Source of the DNA: the human T2T-CHM13v2.0 reference genome, Homo sapiens
Assembly (NCBI RefSeq): GCF_009914755.1
Contig: NC_060926.1
Reading direction: 5' to 3' (one strand)
Length of the DNA: 64,000 bases
Positions within the stretch are counted from its first letter, which is position 1. Each line of letters starts with the position of its first letter. The position numbers and the translations under genes are program-made. This document shows positions 17,191 to 30,389 of the stretch, one piece after another. The notes beneath the pieces are model-generated. The model was given only the letters and a program-made list of their open reading frames with translations, was not told where the DNA came from and made no database searches.

Positions 17191-17505
17191 GTTTATTTGG
17201 GGATGCACTTGGGATCAAACCTTGAGGAAGAGGATGAAAATGGGAGTAGGCAGAAGGAGAAGTCAGGCTGGGATGGAGACCCAGTGACAGCCTCGGACAA
17301 CAGGGAACTCTGAGGTTAGATGGTTCTTCAGAGCTCCTTGCATTGGACCAAGAAGGTCAGGCCTTTCGATGCTTCCATTGGTCAGTTACTGGCTGTGGGA
17401 CACTCTGTGAAGGGGCACACCTTAGGCCAGGGGTCCCTTCAGCTGAAGCAATCCCTGAAGGGGCTCCCTCTGGCAGCATCTACACTCTCAGCAGCTGGAC
17501 AGCTG
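17162..17505 (-). mobile_element. ERVL LTR16/LTR33-type LTR fragment
   Basis: TTTATTTGGGGATGCACTTGGGATCAA...CAGCTGAAGCAATCCCTGAAGGGGCT...CTCTCAGCAGCTGG; reverse-complement similar to the LTR at 21655-22080. Confidence 0.65.
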
Positions 17506-18887
17506 CTTCACATCCAGATGGGCTTCCCATCGCCAAAGGAGGCAGGGTTGAGGCTGATGATACTTTTAGAGGTCATGAAATATTTTAATTTCTTTTGGAA
17601 TCAGAAGAAAAAATGGATGTAGCCCCACCTGGATTATATTAGTCTTTATACAATGCAGGGATAAAATGATAATTTTCTATGTATTTGTATTTCTTCATGG
17701 AGTTAGGGGCCCATGAAGGCAAAAGTACCCAGGGCTCATGGAAGTCCTAAGGCAGCCCTGATGAGTCCTTTGTTGCTTTGTTGAAGGACAGCATCCTTCA
17801 CGATCACTGGGTGTGGCATTTGCTTTGGGACCAGACTGTTATTTTTATCGTATTAAGACATTTCCTTTTTCTCTTCCTGGTTCATGAAACACTTTGATCT
17901 TTAATTTTATCAACTGCCATTGTGGCATTTGTCAATACGATGATATTGTTTTTCACCTTTGCTCGTCTGGTATTACGAATTATCTTCGTGAATTTCACAG
18001 TGCTAAACAATCTTGGAATATGCTCCACTTGGTCAAAGAGCTTCATTCCTTTTCCTGCTACTGGATTTTATTTTCATTGCTCATTTGAAGTGAGGCTGAT
18101 TCATGATTTTCTTTCTTTGCCTTATCCTGTTCAGGTTTTCATTGTCTTAGCAACTGCTTGGTTGGTACAGTGAATTGGAAAGCTTCCCATGTATTTTGTG
18201 TGTATGTGTGTTTTGAAACAGTTTCAATATCATTAAAATAATTTGTTTAGCAAATGGACAAAAGTTTCTGATAAAGCATCAGTGAAATTTGAGACATATT
18301 TATCATGTAATCAATGCTTCCCAGCTTGTCCTTCAAAGTTTGTAAGTCCACTTCAGCATTTCCCAAACTCTGATTCATGGAAAACATTTTTGCAAGATTT
18401 TTTAAAAAAAGTTTCCCTGATCGAAAAGTCTGGTTTAAACTAAGTTAAATCACTTTCTTTACATGACTCTCAGAGCATTTGTATGCTAATAACCTCTTCA
18501 AAAAGGACTAACATATTTATATCACTTAAGCTTTGTAAGAGCCTGGTGTCCTACAGAATGCAATCTAAAGAATATTATAAAATATTCATTTTTCTGTCTC
18601 TTTCTTAGCTATCGTGTTATAATTTCACTTCTTCTTATTGTCAACATGCTGACTTCCACCTCAAAATTTTAATTTGCAACTTTTTTTTGGTGAGCTGGAA
18701 ACCATATAACAATATTTGTTAGAAGTGTGTAAAAAATAATCACACATAGTGTCTTTACAATCTCCATGAAAGCTGAGGGTTTTTTTTCAGGAGTAAGGTG
18801 GGTTCTATATGTACATATTGCAATTCTCATTTAGGCTACTGAGAGATCACTTTTGCCTCCTCCTAGGTTCTCAGCCATGTTCTAGAC

Positions 18888-19092
18888 CTGAGCTGTCTGA
18901 TACTATTGCCAATAGCCATGATATCATTAAAATTAAAGTCAACTAAAATTAAATACAATTAAAATTTCAGTTACTTGGTCACACCAGCCACATTTCAAAT
19001 GCTCAGTAGCCAAATGTGGCCAGTGGCTACCATATTGGAAGGAGAAGATAGGAAACAATCATTGTTATAGAAAGTTCTACTGGACAGCTTTA
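18888..19092 (-). mobile_element. MER3 hAT-Charlie MITE
   Basis: AGCCACATTTCAAATGCTCAGTAGCCAAATGTGGC...AGAAAGTTCTACTGGACAGC; 8-bp TSD TTCTAGAC at 18880-18887 and 19093-19100. Confidence 0.85.
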
Positions 19093-19829
19093 TTCTAGAC
19101 TGTTGTTTGCAACAGGAAACAGAGAAATCTACATTTTAAACCAGAAGGTTATCTATTTTTTTTACTGGACAGTACTGTTCTAGACAGTTGTTTGTGACAT
19201 GTAGCAGAGGAATCTGTATGTTAAGCCAGAAAGTTATCTTGGAAGTTTACCTGTTAATGATCTTACATTATAACGAATATTTCTGCCTTACTTATTGACA
19301 TGTGCTGAAGTGAGAACTCCAAGTAGAAGCAGGCAGTATTGCTTATCCAGCAAGGGATGATGTGCTTTTGAATTTCGTAACAATGTTGGATGTGGATGGA
19401 TTCAGCCTCAGTAAGAATTTGTTTTCTAAATGCATCAGGGGTGTGAACTTTATCTTCCCATGAGACTGTGAGTGCTTTAAGGACAGGGGCCGTGTCTCTG
19501 CCCCATGGTTGTAACCCCAGGGCTACACATGTACTAGAAACATAATTGGTGCCCTAATAATTAGTTTTCAGGATATTGGAGTTCAGAAATAGGGTCATCT
19601 CATTTGAACCAGAGACAACAGAACTTCAAACAATAATATGAATGCACAAATGGCAGGCTCTGTTGATGTACCTTGACCCAAGCCATCATTATCAGCATCA
19701 GAACATGGTATAGCTCATTGCTTGAATGACAAAAAATCCAAAATCTTTAACATGGCCTCAGAGATAGTGTGTGATGTGGATCTGCTCACATCCTGTCTCA
19801 TCTTGCAACGCTCTCTTCTCTTTCTAGAC

Positions 19830-20091
19830 CAAGCATGTCCAACTTACAGCCTGCGGGCCACATGCAGTCCAGAATGGCTTTGATTGTGGCCCAATACAAA
19901 TTTGTAAACTTTCTTAAAATATTATGATTTTTTTTGCAATTTTCTTTTCTCCTTCTTTTTCTTTTTTTTTTTTAATTTTATTTGTTTATTGTTTAGCTCA
20001 TCAGCTATCATTAGTGGTAGTGTGTTTCACATGTGGCCTAAGACAATTCTTCCAATGTGGCCCAAGGGACCTGAAAGATTGGACACTCCTG
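19830..20091 (-). mobile_element. MER30 hAT-Charlie MITE inserted in an L2 remnant
   Basis: TIRs CAAGCATGTCCAA / TTGGACACTCCTG; internal TTTAGCTCATCAGCTATC; TSD TTCTAGAC at 19822-19829 and 20092-20099. Confidence 0.88.
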
Positions 20092-20499
20092 TTCTAGACT
20101 ATCCCAGCCACACTGCCCTTCTTCCAGTTTCTTGAATGTCTGACTGCTTCCCCTGGTTCCAGGGGACAGGCTCAGCATTCCTTCCTTTTAAAGAAAGAAA
20201 TGTCATTCTGATGGGGCTTTCAATTATGTGGCCACACCTCCTCTGCCAAAGGTGAGGGTGTGACCTAAGATGGGTCAATGAGACTCTTTCCAGGGATTTT
20301 ATGTAAAGATGCTGGGAGAGAGAAGCCCTCTTTCTTCTGAAGGTGCCAGCCCCAAAGACAAAAGCTTCAAGCTGTTTGTGGCTCACATGACCCCAGGTCT
20401 CTCTCTCTATGGCATCTAGAAAATCACGTGCAGTAGGGGAGAAGGAGGGTATTACTCAGAGAGAAGCAAAGCTGGGTGACACAGGGGAGTTAGAGGGCA

Positions 20500-21650
20500 G
20501 AAGGATTTCTTAAACCAGGCATAAAAACATTACCCATAAAAAGAAATTGATAAGTTTGAGACATTAAAAATTAAGAACTATTCTTAAAGATACCATAAGG
20601 TAAAACAACAACAACAACAACAAACAGAGAGAGTCAGGAAAGACGTTTGCAACTTCCAGACCAATATGAATCAATCGATAAGAATATGACAGATAACACA
20701 AAAGAAAAATGGGGCAATTATTTGAACACACCCTTCTCAACAGCGGAACTCTAAGTGAACAAGAAACATGTGACAAAATGTTCTACATCATTAATAGGCA
20801 GGGAAATATACATAAAACAATTATGTGCCCTTAGGTTGGCAAAAATTTGAACGTCTGGTAATAACACCAAGTATTGACAAGGACATGGGACAATTGGAAT
20901 TTGAATACCCTGCTGAAGATAATGTAAATTAGTTCAATTACTTTGGAAACACTTGAGCAATATCTAATAAAGTGGCTCAGCCACAAACTTTTAGCCAACC
21001 ACTTACTCCTATTTAAGAAGTATATACCCCAGAGATTCTGATGTACCAGAGAAAAGTGTTTGAACACGGATACTAACATGGGTATCAACATATGAGGATG
21101 TTAATAGCAGCCCCAAACCAGAATCAGACTTTATTAGTTTGCCGGGGCCACCATAACAAAGTACCCCAGACTGGAGATATTTATTATCTCACAGTCCTAG
21201 AGGCTGGAAGTCTGAGATCCAGGTGTCAGCAGGATTGGTTTCTTCCAAGTCCTCTCTCCTTGGCTTGCAGATGGCCGTCTTCTCCCTGTGTCCTCACGTG
21301 GTCTTCCATCTGTGTGTGTCTGTGTTCTAATGTCCTTCTTACAAGGACACCAGTCATACTGGATTAAGGCCCACTCCAGTGACCTCATTTTAACCAATTA
21401 CCTCTTCAAAGATCCTATCTCCAAATACAGTCATGTTCTGAGGTACAAATGGAAACAAATTTTCTTAGAGGGGGAGGAGGAACACAGTTCAGCTCATAAC
21501 ACAAACCAAATGTTAATCAACAGGAGAATGGTTAAATACATTATATGTTTAAATAAATTCATACAATGGAAATCTATTGCAGTGCAAACACCTGAACTAT
21601 AGGTACTGCAAGGACATGAATGAATCTGACAGAAACAGTACTGAGCCAAG
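20500..21650 (+). mobile_element. Old L1ME-type ORF2/3' fragment, interrupted by MLT1
   Basis: A-rich L1 motifs ACATTAAAAATTAAGAAC, ACATCATTAATAGGCAGGGAAAT, ATAACACCAAGTATTGACAAGGA. Confidence 0.65.
21130..21501 (-). mobile_element. MaLR solo LTR, MLT1B-like
   Basis: TATTAGTTTGCCGGGGCCACCATAACAAAGTACC...CAGTTCAGCTCATAACA; 5-bp TSD CAGAC/CAAAC. Confidence 0.82.
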
Positions 21651-22114
21651 GAAGCTGTGTTGGGCACCAATGTGCCGCTCAGATTCCTCTTCAAGGAAGG
21701 GCTCCATTGCAGCAGCTGCTGGGAGTGCTGTTGGCAGCTGCCATCAGCTGTCTGCCCCTCCAGGGATTGCTTTGGTTACAGAAAGCTGCCTCACCCAAGG
21801 TCACACTCATACTCTGGTGGCTCACACCCATGACTCATCACTGTGTCCATCTTGGTCCAAGTGAGGGCAATTCTGGAGGGTGGCATAGATCAACCGAGGC
21901 TCTGGTTGGACCTGAATTGCAGCTCAGCCTTTCCTGTTGCCCACTCCTTCTTTCTCCTACCCTTCTCCTTCCCCTCCTCTCCAGCTTCCGCAGGTGTTTG
22001 TCCCAGGGGTGTCCTTCATAAATATCCTGTCCTCTAAACTTCACCTCAGAGTCTGGATCCTTAGTGAACCCATCTTTGGATAGTTGGTTCTGGAAGTGGT
22101 TCTAAAACGGAGGT

Positions 22115-22566
22115 TGCATTAGGTTCCTCAGGCTGCTGTAACAAATTGCCACACACAGCGTGGCTTAAAACAAGATAAATTGATCTCTTACAGTTCTGGT
22201 GGCCAGAAGACTATAATCAAGGTGTCAGCAAGGTAAGCTCCTTCTGCAGACTCTGAGGGAGAATCTGTCCCATGTCTGTCTCCTATCTTCTGGTAACAGT
22301 GGGCAATTTGTGGTGTTCCCTTGCCTGTAGACACATCGCTCTAATCTCTGCATCCATGTTCACATAGCCTTCTCCTCTGTGTCGTCTCCCCTTCTCTTTT
22401 CTTATAAGGACACCAGTAATTGGATTGAGAGCCTACCCTAATCCAGGAAGATCTCATCTTGAGAACTTTAATTACACCTGCAGCGACTATTTTTCTAAAT
22501 AAGGTTATTTACAGGCTCTTGGAGACATATCTTTTGGCGGGGGGGGCTACCATTCAACTCACTGCA
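22115..22566 (-). mobile_element. MaLR solo LTR, MLT1C-like, nested in the ERVL remnant
   Basis: GGCTGCTGTAACAAATTGCCAC...GGCTTAAAACAA...CTTATAAGGACACCAGT...CCATTCAACTCACTGCA. Confidence 0.8.
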
Positions 22567-23234
22567 CAGATGATAAGATGGGGTTTTGAAGCTGAATCAC
22601 CTATGTCCTGGCTGGCAGTGAGGACCCTGTCCTGAACCAGGCATGAAGTGGAGGTCCAGTTGTTGCCAGTTGTCTGGTAGGGAATGGATGGATGGCAGAG
22701 CGGTGGAAGGGAGTGCATTAACTGGTCAATGTTTCGGGCAGTTGTGAAATATGGGGGAAGTAGTAGCTCTAAGGACAATTGAATTGGGTGACTTATGCTA
22801 AGCTTGATTGATGCTCCAGGACATAGGAAATAAAAATATGAGGACAGAGCATAGAAAGCATGGAAAGAGCTTCATCTTCTGCAGGAGGAAGGCAGAGAGG
22901 CCTGAGGACAGGCCCAGGACCGAATGCTCAGCATGGCTGAGCTCCTGAGAAGAAGGATTCCAAACAAAGCAGATCTTTTATGCCAAGTTCAGGGTATTGA
23001 TTGGGAAAGAATGGGACTCTGACACATGAGATGAGGATGGCTAGATTGGTATCTCCAGCAACCTGGGGTTCCCAGAACCTTCAGCAATAGCCCATTCCTC
23101 CTTAGGAGTTAGCATCGCTTCCTGCACCCCACTTGGGGATGATACAGAGACTTCAGAAACAAAATAACACACGTTCCCCACAGCATCTGCTCCCACCCAC
23201 AGCTTGCTGCTTGACTGTAGATAGGGATACGTCT

Positions 23235-23364
23235 CTGGTCTCCTCCTTTGTCCATTTCTCCACTGGCCAGCTTGCCTATCATTACTGATTCATAAAAATT
23301 CTTTATATATTAAAGCTGGAAACCTTTTCACAAAGAGACACAAACACACATACACACACAAAGT
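23235..23364 (-). repeat. 130-bp inverted copy of 26752-26881
   Basis: AGCTTGCCTATCATTACTGATTCATAAAAATTCTTTATATATTAAAGCT is the near-exact reverse complement of the core of 26752-26881. Confidence 0.9.
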
Positions 23365-24831
23365 TACCTTAGGGGTGTTTCAACTTATCCCTATCTACAG
23401 CCAAGCAGCCAGCAGTGGGTGGGGGGGGACAGTGCACTGGGCCTGCTGCACACCCACGACACCAAGGCAGCGTGCTCCAGCAGGAGCCCAGAGCAGTCAG
23501 TTGTGATGACAAAATAAAAGGGGCCTTTCTATTTAGGGAACAAGACAAGGATGTATCTTAATAACACTCTAACTCGACATTATCCTCAGAGCGGCCCAGT
23601 GTCCTAAGTGTCTAAGAAGAAAAGAGTTTAAACTTCAGAAAGAATACACAGAGGATCTGCAGATTGTCTACTGAGAAAACTCAAGAGAATAAATCAACTG
23701 AGAAACATTTATAATTAATAAAGGAATTTTATTAGGTGGCTGAATTGAAAAAATTAAATATATAAATCAAACCTTCTAGTATTCCCACCTATCAAAAGTG
23801 ACTATAATAAGCAGTGGAAAAATAGAAACATAGGAATACAAATAAGAAGAAATATAGACAGCGTATATAATTGTAACTACAAACTTTTTTCTTGGGGAAG
23901 AAAAAGATTTGAAAAATAGAGAGCTATATCATGTTTCTGAATGGCAAGACAAAATATAGTATTGCAAAAAGGCTAATTCAAGATTACCGAATTAATTGGG
24001 CAATGAAATATTTAACTATAGCCTTTGGTTTTTAATAACTGAGTCACTAATTGTAAAAAATCAGTCAAGTAATGTAGAAAAAATGCAAAGAAAAATGAAA
24101 TGACAATATGAATTGTACCACTTAGAAATGACTATACCCTTCGGGGTAAGTCTGTCTGGAAATAACACACATAGATCTATGTTCACAAGTTTACATTAAG
24201 GGAATAATGCTAAACTTCATGTGTCAGAACTTATATTTTTCATTTAATCAAATATCTGGGCATTTTCCAGGTCAAATAAATATATACACATCCTCATAGA
24301 GCATCCACCTGGGACGTGCCAATACTTACATAACTGATCCCCATTGTTACATAACATGTCCCAACCCTGGGATACTGTTGTCCTTCTTCTCCGTTATTAA
24401 AACAGCTGCAAACATCCTGAACAGTTTCTACATTTAACATAATCCAAATACATTTTCTAACAGATTTTTTTTCATTTACACCTTATTCCTGCAAGAATGG
24501 CCATAATGAAAAGATAAAAAAATAAAAAATGTTAGTGTGGATGTGGTGAAAAGCGAGCACTTTTACACTGTTGGTGGGAATGTAAACTAGTACAACCACT
24601 ATGGAAAACAGTGTGGAGATTCCTTGAAGAACTAGAAGTAGAACTACCAAATGGCAGCATCCATCCCACTAGCAATCCCACTATTAGGTATCTACCCCGG
24701 GGAAAAGACATCATTATATGAAAAAGATACTAGCACACACATGTTTATAGCAGCACAATTCGCAATTGCAAAAATATGGAACCAGCCCAAATGCCCATCC
24801 ATCAATCAACGAGTGGATAAAGAAGTTGTGG

Positions 24832-24832
<1 letters not shown>

Positions 24833-24880
<48 letters not shown>

Positions 24881-24893
24881 CACACCAAATTAT

Positions 24894-24949
<56 letters not shown>

Positions 24950-25052
24950 TATATACAAGTTGTGGTGTGTGTATATATATATGTGTATATATATATATAC
25001 AAATTGCAGTGTGTGTATATATATGTGTGTATATATATATATATATACAAAT

Positions 25053-25097
<45 letters not shown>

Positions 25098-25196
25098 CAT
25101 AATCACACCATAATTTGGTGTGTGTGTGTGTGTATGTGTGTGTGTGTATATATATATGTATATATACATATATATATATATACACACATATATATG
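24833..25196. repeat. Compound (TA)n/(CA)n/(TG)n microsatellite
   Basis: About 360 bp of alternating purine-pyrimidine runs separated by short L1-derived spacers. Confidence 0.95.
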
Positions 25197-25637
25197 TAAT
25201 GGAATATCACTCAGCCATAAAAGAGGACAAAATAATGGCATTCACAGCAACCTGGATGGATTTGGAGACCATTATTCTAAGTGAAGTAACTCAGGAATGG
25301 AAAACCAAACATTGTATGTTCTCACTCACAAGTGGGAGTGAGAGTAAGTGAAGTAATCCCTCCCACTCATCAGTAGGAGTGATTCTAAGTGAAGTAACTC
25401 AGGAAAGGAAAACCAAACATTGTACGTTCTCACTCATAAGTGGGAGCTAAGCTGTGAGGACCAGCAGCTAAGCTATGAGGACAAAGGCATAAGAATGATA
25501 TAATGGACTTTGGGGACTCGGGGCAAAGTGTGGGAGTGGGGTGAGGGATAAAAGACTATACACTGGGTAGAGTGTACATTGCTCCAGTGATGGGTGCACC
25601 AAAATCTCAGAAATCACCACTAAAGAACTTATTAACT

Positions 25638-25876
<239 letters not shown>

Positions 25877-26368
25877 TTATTCATGTAATCAAACACCACC
25901 AGTTCCCCAAAAACCTACTGAAATTAAAAAAACTTAAAAAAAGGAATTCTAAAGTGCATCTGGAAGTATAAATATATGAAATTAGGCGGTAAATTTTTGA
26001 AAGAGAAGAACAATGTGAGATATTTGTCCTATGAGATGTCAAAATACTTTACGAAGCTGTAATGACTAGAAAATGAATAGACCAAGTTTCAAAAACAAAG
26101 CAATATAACTAGAAAAAAAGTGAAGTAGATTCCAATCTCTCATTATAAGCAAAAGATAAATTTCAAATTAAGTAGATAATTAATTTGTGAATGTAAAATG
26201 TATTAGGACAAATTATAGGTGACCATTAATATAATTTTGGGGTGTGAAACACTTTCTAAGCCTGACACTGAAGGCCAAAAGTATAAAGAAAACATTAGAT
26301 AGATTTTACTTTACTAAAAGAAATTGAGAACTTACACATACAAAACATTATAATTTTATAATACAGAA

Positions 26369-26700
26369 AAGTACTGTTTAATAGAAATATGATGTGTGAA
26401 ATAAATGGGAGCCACATATGTAATTACATTTTTATAAATGCATTAAAAAACTGAAAATTATAATTCATGAAATCAATTTCAGCAATGTTTTATTTAATTA
26501 AATGCATCAAAAACATTATCATTTCAACATAAAATCAATACTAACAATTATTAATGGGATGTTTTACATTCTTTGTTCTCATGCTAAGTCTTTGGAATCT
26601 CATGTGCATTTTATTTATTACTGCTCATCTCAAGTAAGATCAGCCATATTTCAAGTCTCAGTAGCCACATGTGGCTAGAGGTGCTGTCTTAGCACAGATA
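26369..26700 (+). mobile_element. MER33-like hAT MITE within an old + strand L1M (~25946-27170)
   Basis: TACTGTTTAATAGAAATATGATG...CATTATCATTTCAACAT...TCAGTAGCCACATGTGGCTAG. Confidence 0.7.
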
Positions 26701-27173
26701 TAGACAATCAAAAATAAAAGGCAAATGAAAACTTGAATAGATAAAGTGTTTACTTTGTGTGTGTATGTGTATCTGTGTCTCTTCGTGAAGAGGTTTGTAG
26801 CTTTAATATATAAAGAATTTTTATGAATCAATAATGATAGGCAAGCTTGCCAGCAGAGAAAGGGGCACAGGAGGAGACCAGGCAATTCACAAAAGAATCA
26901 ATAAACATATAAATATGTCCAGGTGTTAATTATCAAATAATGAACATTAAAATATAAGAAAATAGATAGTTTCACTTATTAAACTATGAAATGTTATGAA
27001 ACAAATCCTGAATTCTTGTGTTAGTAAGAGTATGATGAAATGAATACTTGTATATACTGCTACTGGGAATGTAGACAGGTACAACCCTGGTGGATGGAAA
27101 TATGTATCAAAAGGTTTAGTACATGTTTCCCTTTGAAGTAGAAATTTTACTTGCAGGATTTTACCTTAGGGGC

Positions 27174-27638
27174 TGTATTAGTTTGCTAGAACTGCTGTAA
27201 CAAAACACCACAAATGTGGTGGCTTAAACAACAGAAATTTACTGGCCTTTAGTTCTGGAGGCCAGAAGTCCAAGATCAAGATGTCAATAGAGTCGGTTCC
27301 TTTTGTGGGCTTTGAGGATGAATCCATTCCCCTGCCTCTCCCTTAGCTTCTGGTGGTTTGCTCACAGTCTTTGGTGTTCCATGGCTTGTAGAAGCATCAT
27401 TTAATCTCTGCCTTCATCTGTGCAAGACGTTTTCCCTGTGTATTTGTCTGTCTCCAAATTTCCCCTTTTTGTAAGTTTACCAGTCATATTGGATCAGGGC
27501 CCACCTTACTCTAGTGTACCCCAATTTTAACTAATTACATCTGCAACAACCTTATTTCCAAATAAGATCACATTCTAAGGTACTAGGGGTTAAGACTTTA
27601 ACATGTGGGTTTTGGGAGACAGAATTCAATGCATAACA
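27174..27638 (-). mobile_element. MaLR solo LTR, MLT1C-like
   Basis: TGTATTAGTTTGCTAGAACTGCTGTAACAAAACACCAC...AATTCAATGCATAACA. Confidence 0.85.
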
Positions 27639-29189
27639 GGAAGTAATAAAAGATGTGAACAGAGATTTGGTTACAAGAACCACTTCTCACCACCTGTCCT
27701 TTCCATCCTTGGCTGAGCCACCATCATTCTCACTTGGATTCCACCAGGCAGGCTGAAGGGAGTGTGCCAGGTGGGTTGGAATTGAGCATTCTGAGCCAGC
27801 CTGGCAAATAGTTTTCCCAATTAGTGGGTCCATGCAATTTAGCTCATCTTGAAGTTAAAGCAATTTTTGCTAATGTTGCTAAGGCTACTACTTCTGTCAT
27901 TGAGCCATCTTCATCATTTTTTTACAGTTCTTCTTCCTTGACACTTAGGAAGTTTTCATTCTGTGTAGAGCAGTCACCTTTGTTTTCATTAAAGACTCAA
28001 GAACAGAAAACTGCACACAAGTAAAAAGAGAATAAAACAGCGGTATGTTAGCTGTCACCAGCTGGATCTGAGTGTTGAGTTCATGTTGCCTAGAAACTGA
28101 AGACCCTCCACATGCTTTTGTGACCAGATGTCATGAAGAAACCTGGAAAGGGTCTGATCTTATAATTGTGGGTATGGCTAGGACACCCAGGAGGTCGTCT
28201 AATCAGGAATATGCAGATATCTGAGTCAGGACAATTCCTAAGTATCTATCATTTTCAACCATCAAGAATGTTCTTAAGAATAGCATCATCTATGGAACTG
28301 GAGAAGCTACTGGCGAAAAAGAAAGTTGTAAAAATTCTCACCATAACTTTAAGGGTGGGGGAAATTGCTTCATTTTAAGGATTGGATTGATTTTGATCTC
28401 AACTGCTTATTCTTTCTTTCCATGTAAGTCACAGGAGAAAAAAAAATCTTGAAATGGAATCTATAATCTGTCCCTTTAAAGAACACATTTGAGCACCCAG
28501 TCCTAAGTGGTTTTAAGCACACAACATCACAGGACTCGATAAATAATTGATATAAATTAATGGCTGATGAAAGAAACATATCCACACTGATCTATAATTA
28601 CTGGAAGCCACCTCATATATTTTTCATAACAGTGACGTTTCATTGCAGGTTTTTTTTTTCTCTAAAATTCAGTGTATTTAGAATTTAAATTGCTTTCAAT
28701 AATTGCTTTTAACTGCTTTCAGTGGAAGAACTTCTCTGTCAATATGGGCATCTGAGAAGCTTGGGATTCAGTGCTTCTTTTATATCTTCTGGTTCTGCCT
28801 GACTTTATAACCTTAAATGGTGACACCAAAGAAGAAGATTGGGATGACCAGGAACACTCATAGGGACACTTCAGCTGCCTCCTGTTCTGAACGTGGCTTC
28901 CACAGAGCCTCAGCAGAATGTCCTTGCTTCTGAAGCTTGCAGGAGCAGAAGCTGGGTCCAGATTGGCAGGAGAGTGAGTTTACAGCCAAAACCACCTACG
29001 GTGCCATTGGGTACACTGTAGACATATGATGCCACAAGGAAATGAACTCTGTAAGCAAGGACGGAGATTTCAGCTAGTATTCTGAATTCACTTCCCCAAA
29101 ACAATCATTCAGACAAATGACAGGAATAAACAAATCATCAATGACAGCAGCCACTGCCATCCCCTGGTCCTAATCAGGAACTTGACTTT

Positions 29190-29400
29190 TGTTACTAAGA
29201 GCATGGGTTGTGGAGTGTCAGATAAACTGTGGCACCATTTTTGGCTCTGACACTTGCTAGCAAGCTGAAACTTGGGCAAGTTACTTTATATTTTTGAGCC
29301 TCAGTTTCCTCATCTGTGAAACAGAATAATGATACTAACTCTATAGGGTGATTTAGAGAATTAAGTGAACTGAAGTCTAGAGCTTTTGGTACAATTACTA
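29190..29400 (+). mobile_element. MIR SINE
   Basis: CTTGGGCAAGTTACTT...GAGCCTCAGTTTCCTCATCTGTGAAA core. Confidence 0.8.
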
Positions 29401-29440
29401 ACAGCATTTGAAAATTAATTGGAACAATCTAAGTTGATAA

Positions 29441-30020
<580 letters not shown>

Positions 30021-30389
30021 TAAAAATGATTCCTTATAATTAAAGACACGTCATAAGCAACATCCAATATTATAACTTTAGCCTGGAGATTTGGCTAATA
30101 CAAATGTAAACAAGAATTCCAGAAAACACGTGGTTGTGGAACAAACTCACTTCTACTTCTTTTTCTCATGGCCTTTCCTTTTCCTTCTCTTCTTCTCTTC
30201 TTTCCCTTCTTTTTCTTCATGATTGGCCTGAAAAACTGAACTCTTTGTATCTTAGAATGAAAAAGGGAAATTTTCCTTATTTTGATTTTTCCATGAAGCG
30301 CATTAAATGTCATATCAAGCCCCCCAGAATAAAGGTGTGGAGGCTGTAATCAAAGGTGAATAAAGCCCTTCCTTTGTCTTATAGCTTCA

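Larger units (their letters stand above)
21655..23520 (+). mobile_element. ERVL provirus remnant: LTR16/33-type 5' LTR (to ~22080) plus degraded internal sequence
   Basis: CAGCTGCTGGGAGTGCTG...CCCAAGGTCACAC LTR motifs; PBS-like AGTTGGTTCTGGAAGTGG at ~22082; purine-rich internal sequence follows. Confidence 0.6.

Noticed and set aside
18880-20099. MER3 and MER30 share the same TSD TTCTAGAC
   Set aside because: Explained by the known NTCTAGAN target preference of hAT-Charlie elements
17162-22080. Two LTR16/33-type elements as ends of a single provirus
   Set aside because: They are in opposite orientation, diverged, and have no retroviral internal sequence between them
24651-25241. ORFs up to 182 aa rich in YI/HT/CV
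   Set aside because: Stop-free dinucleotide microsatellite inside L1PB
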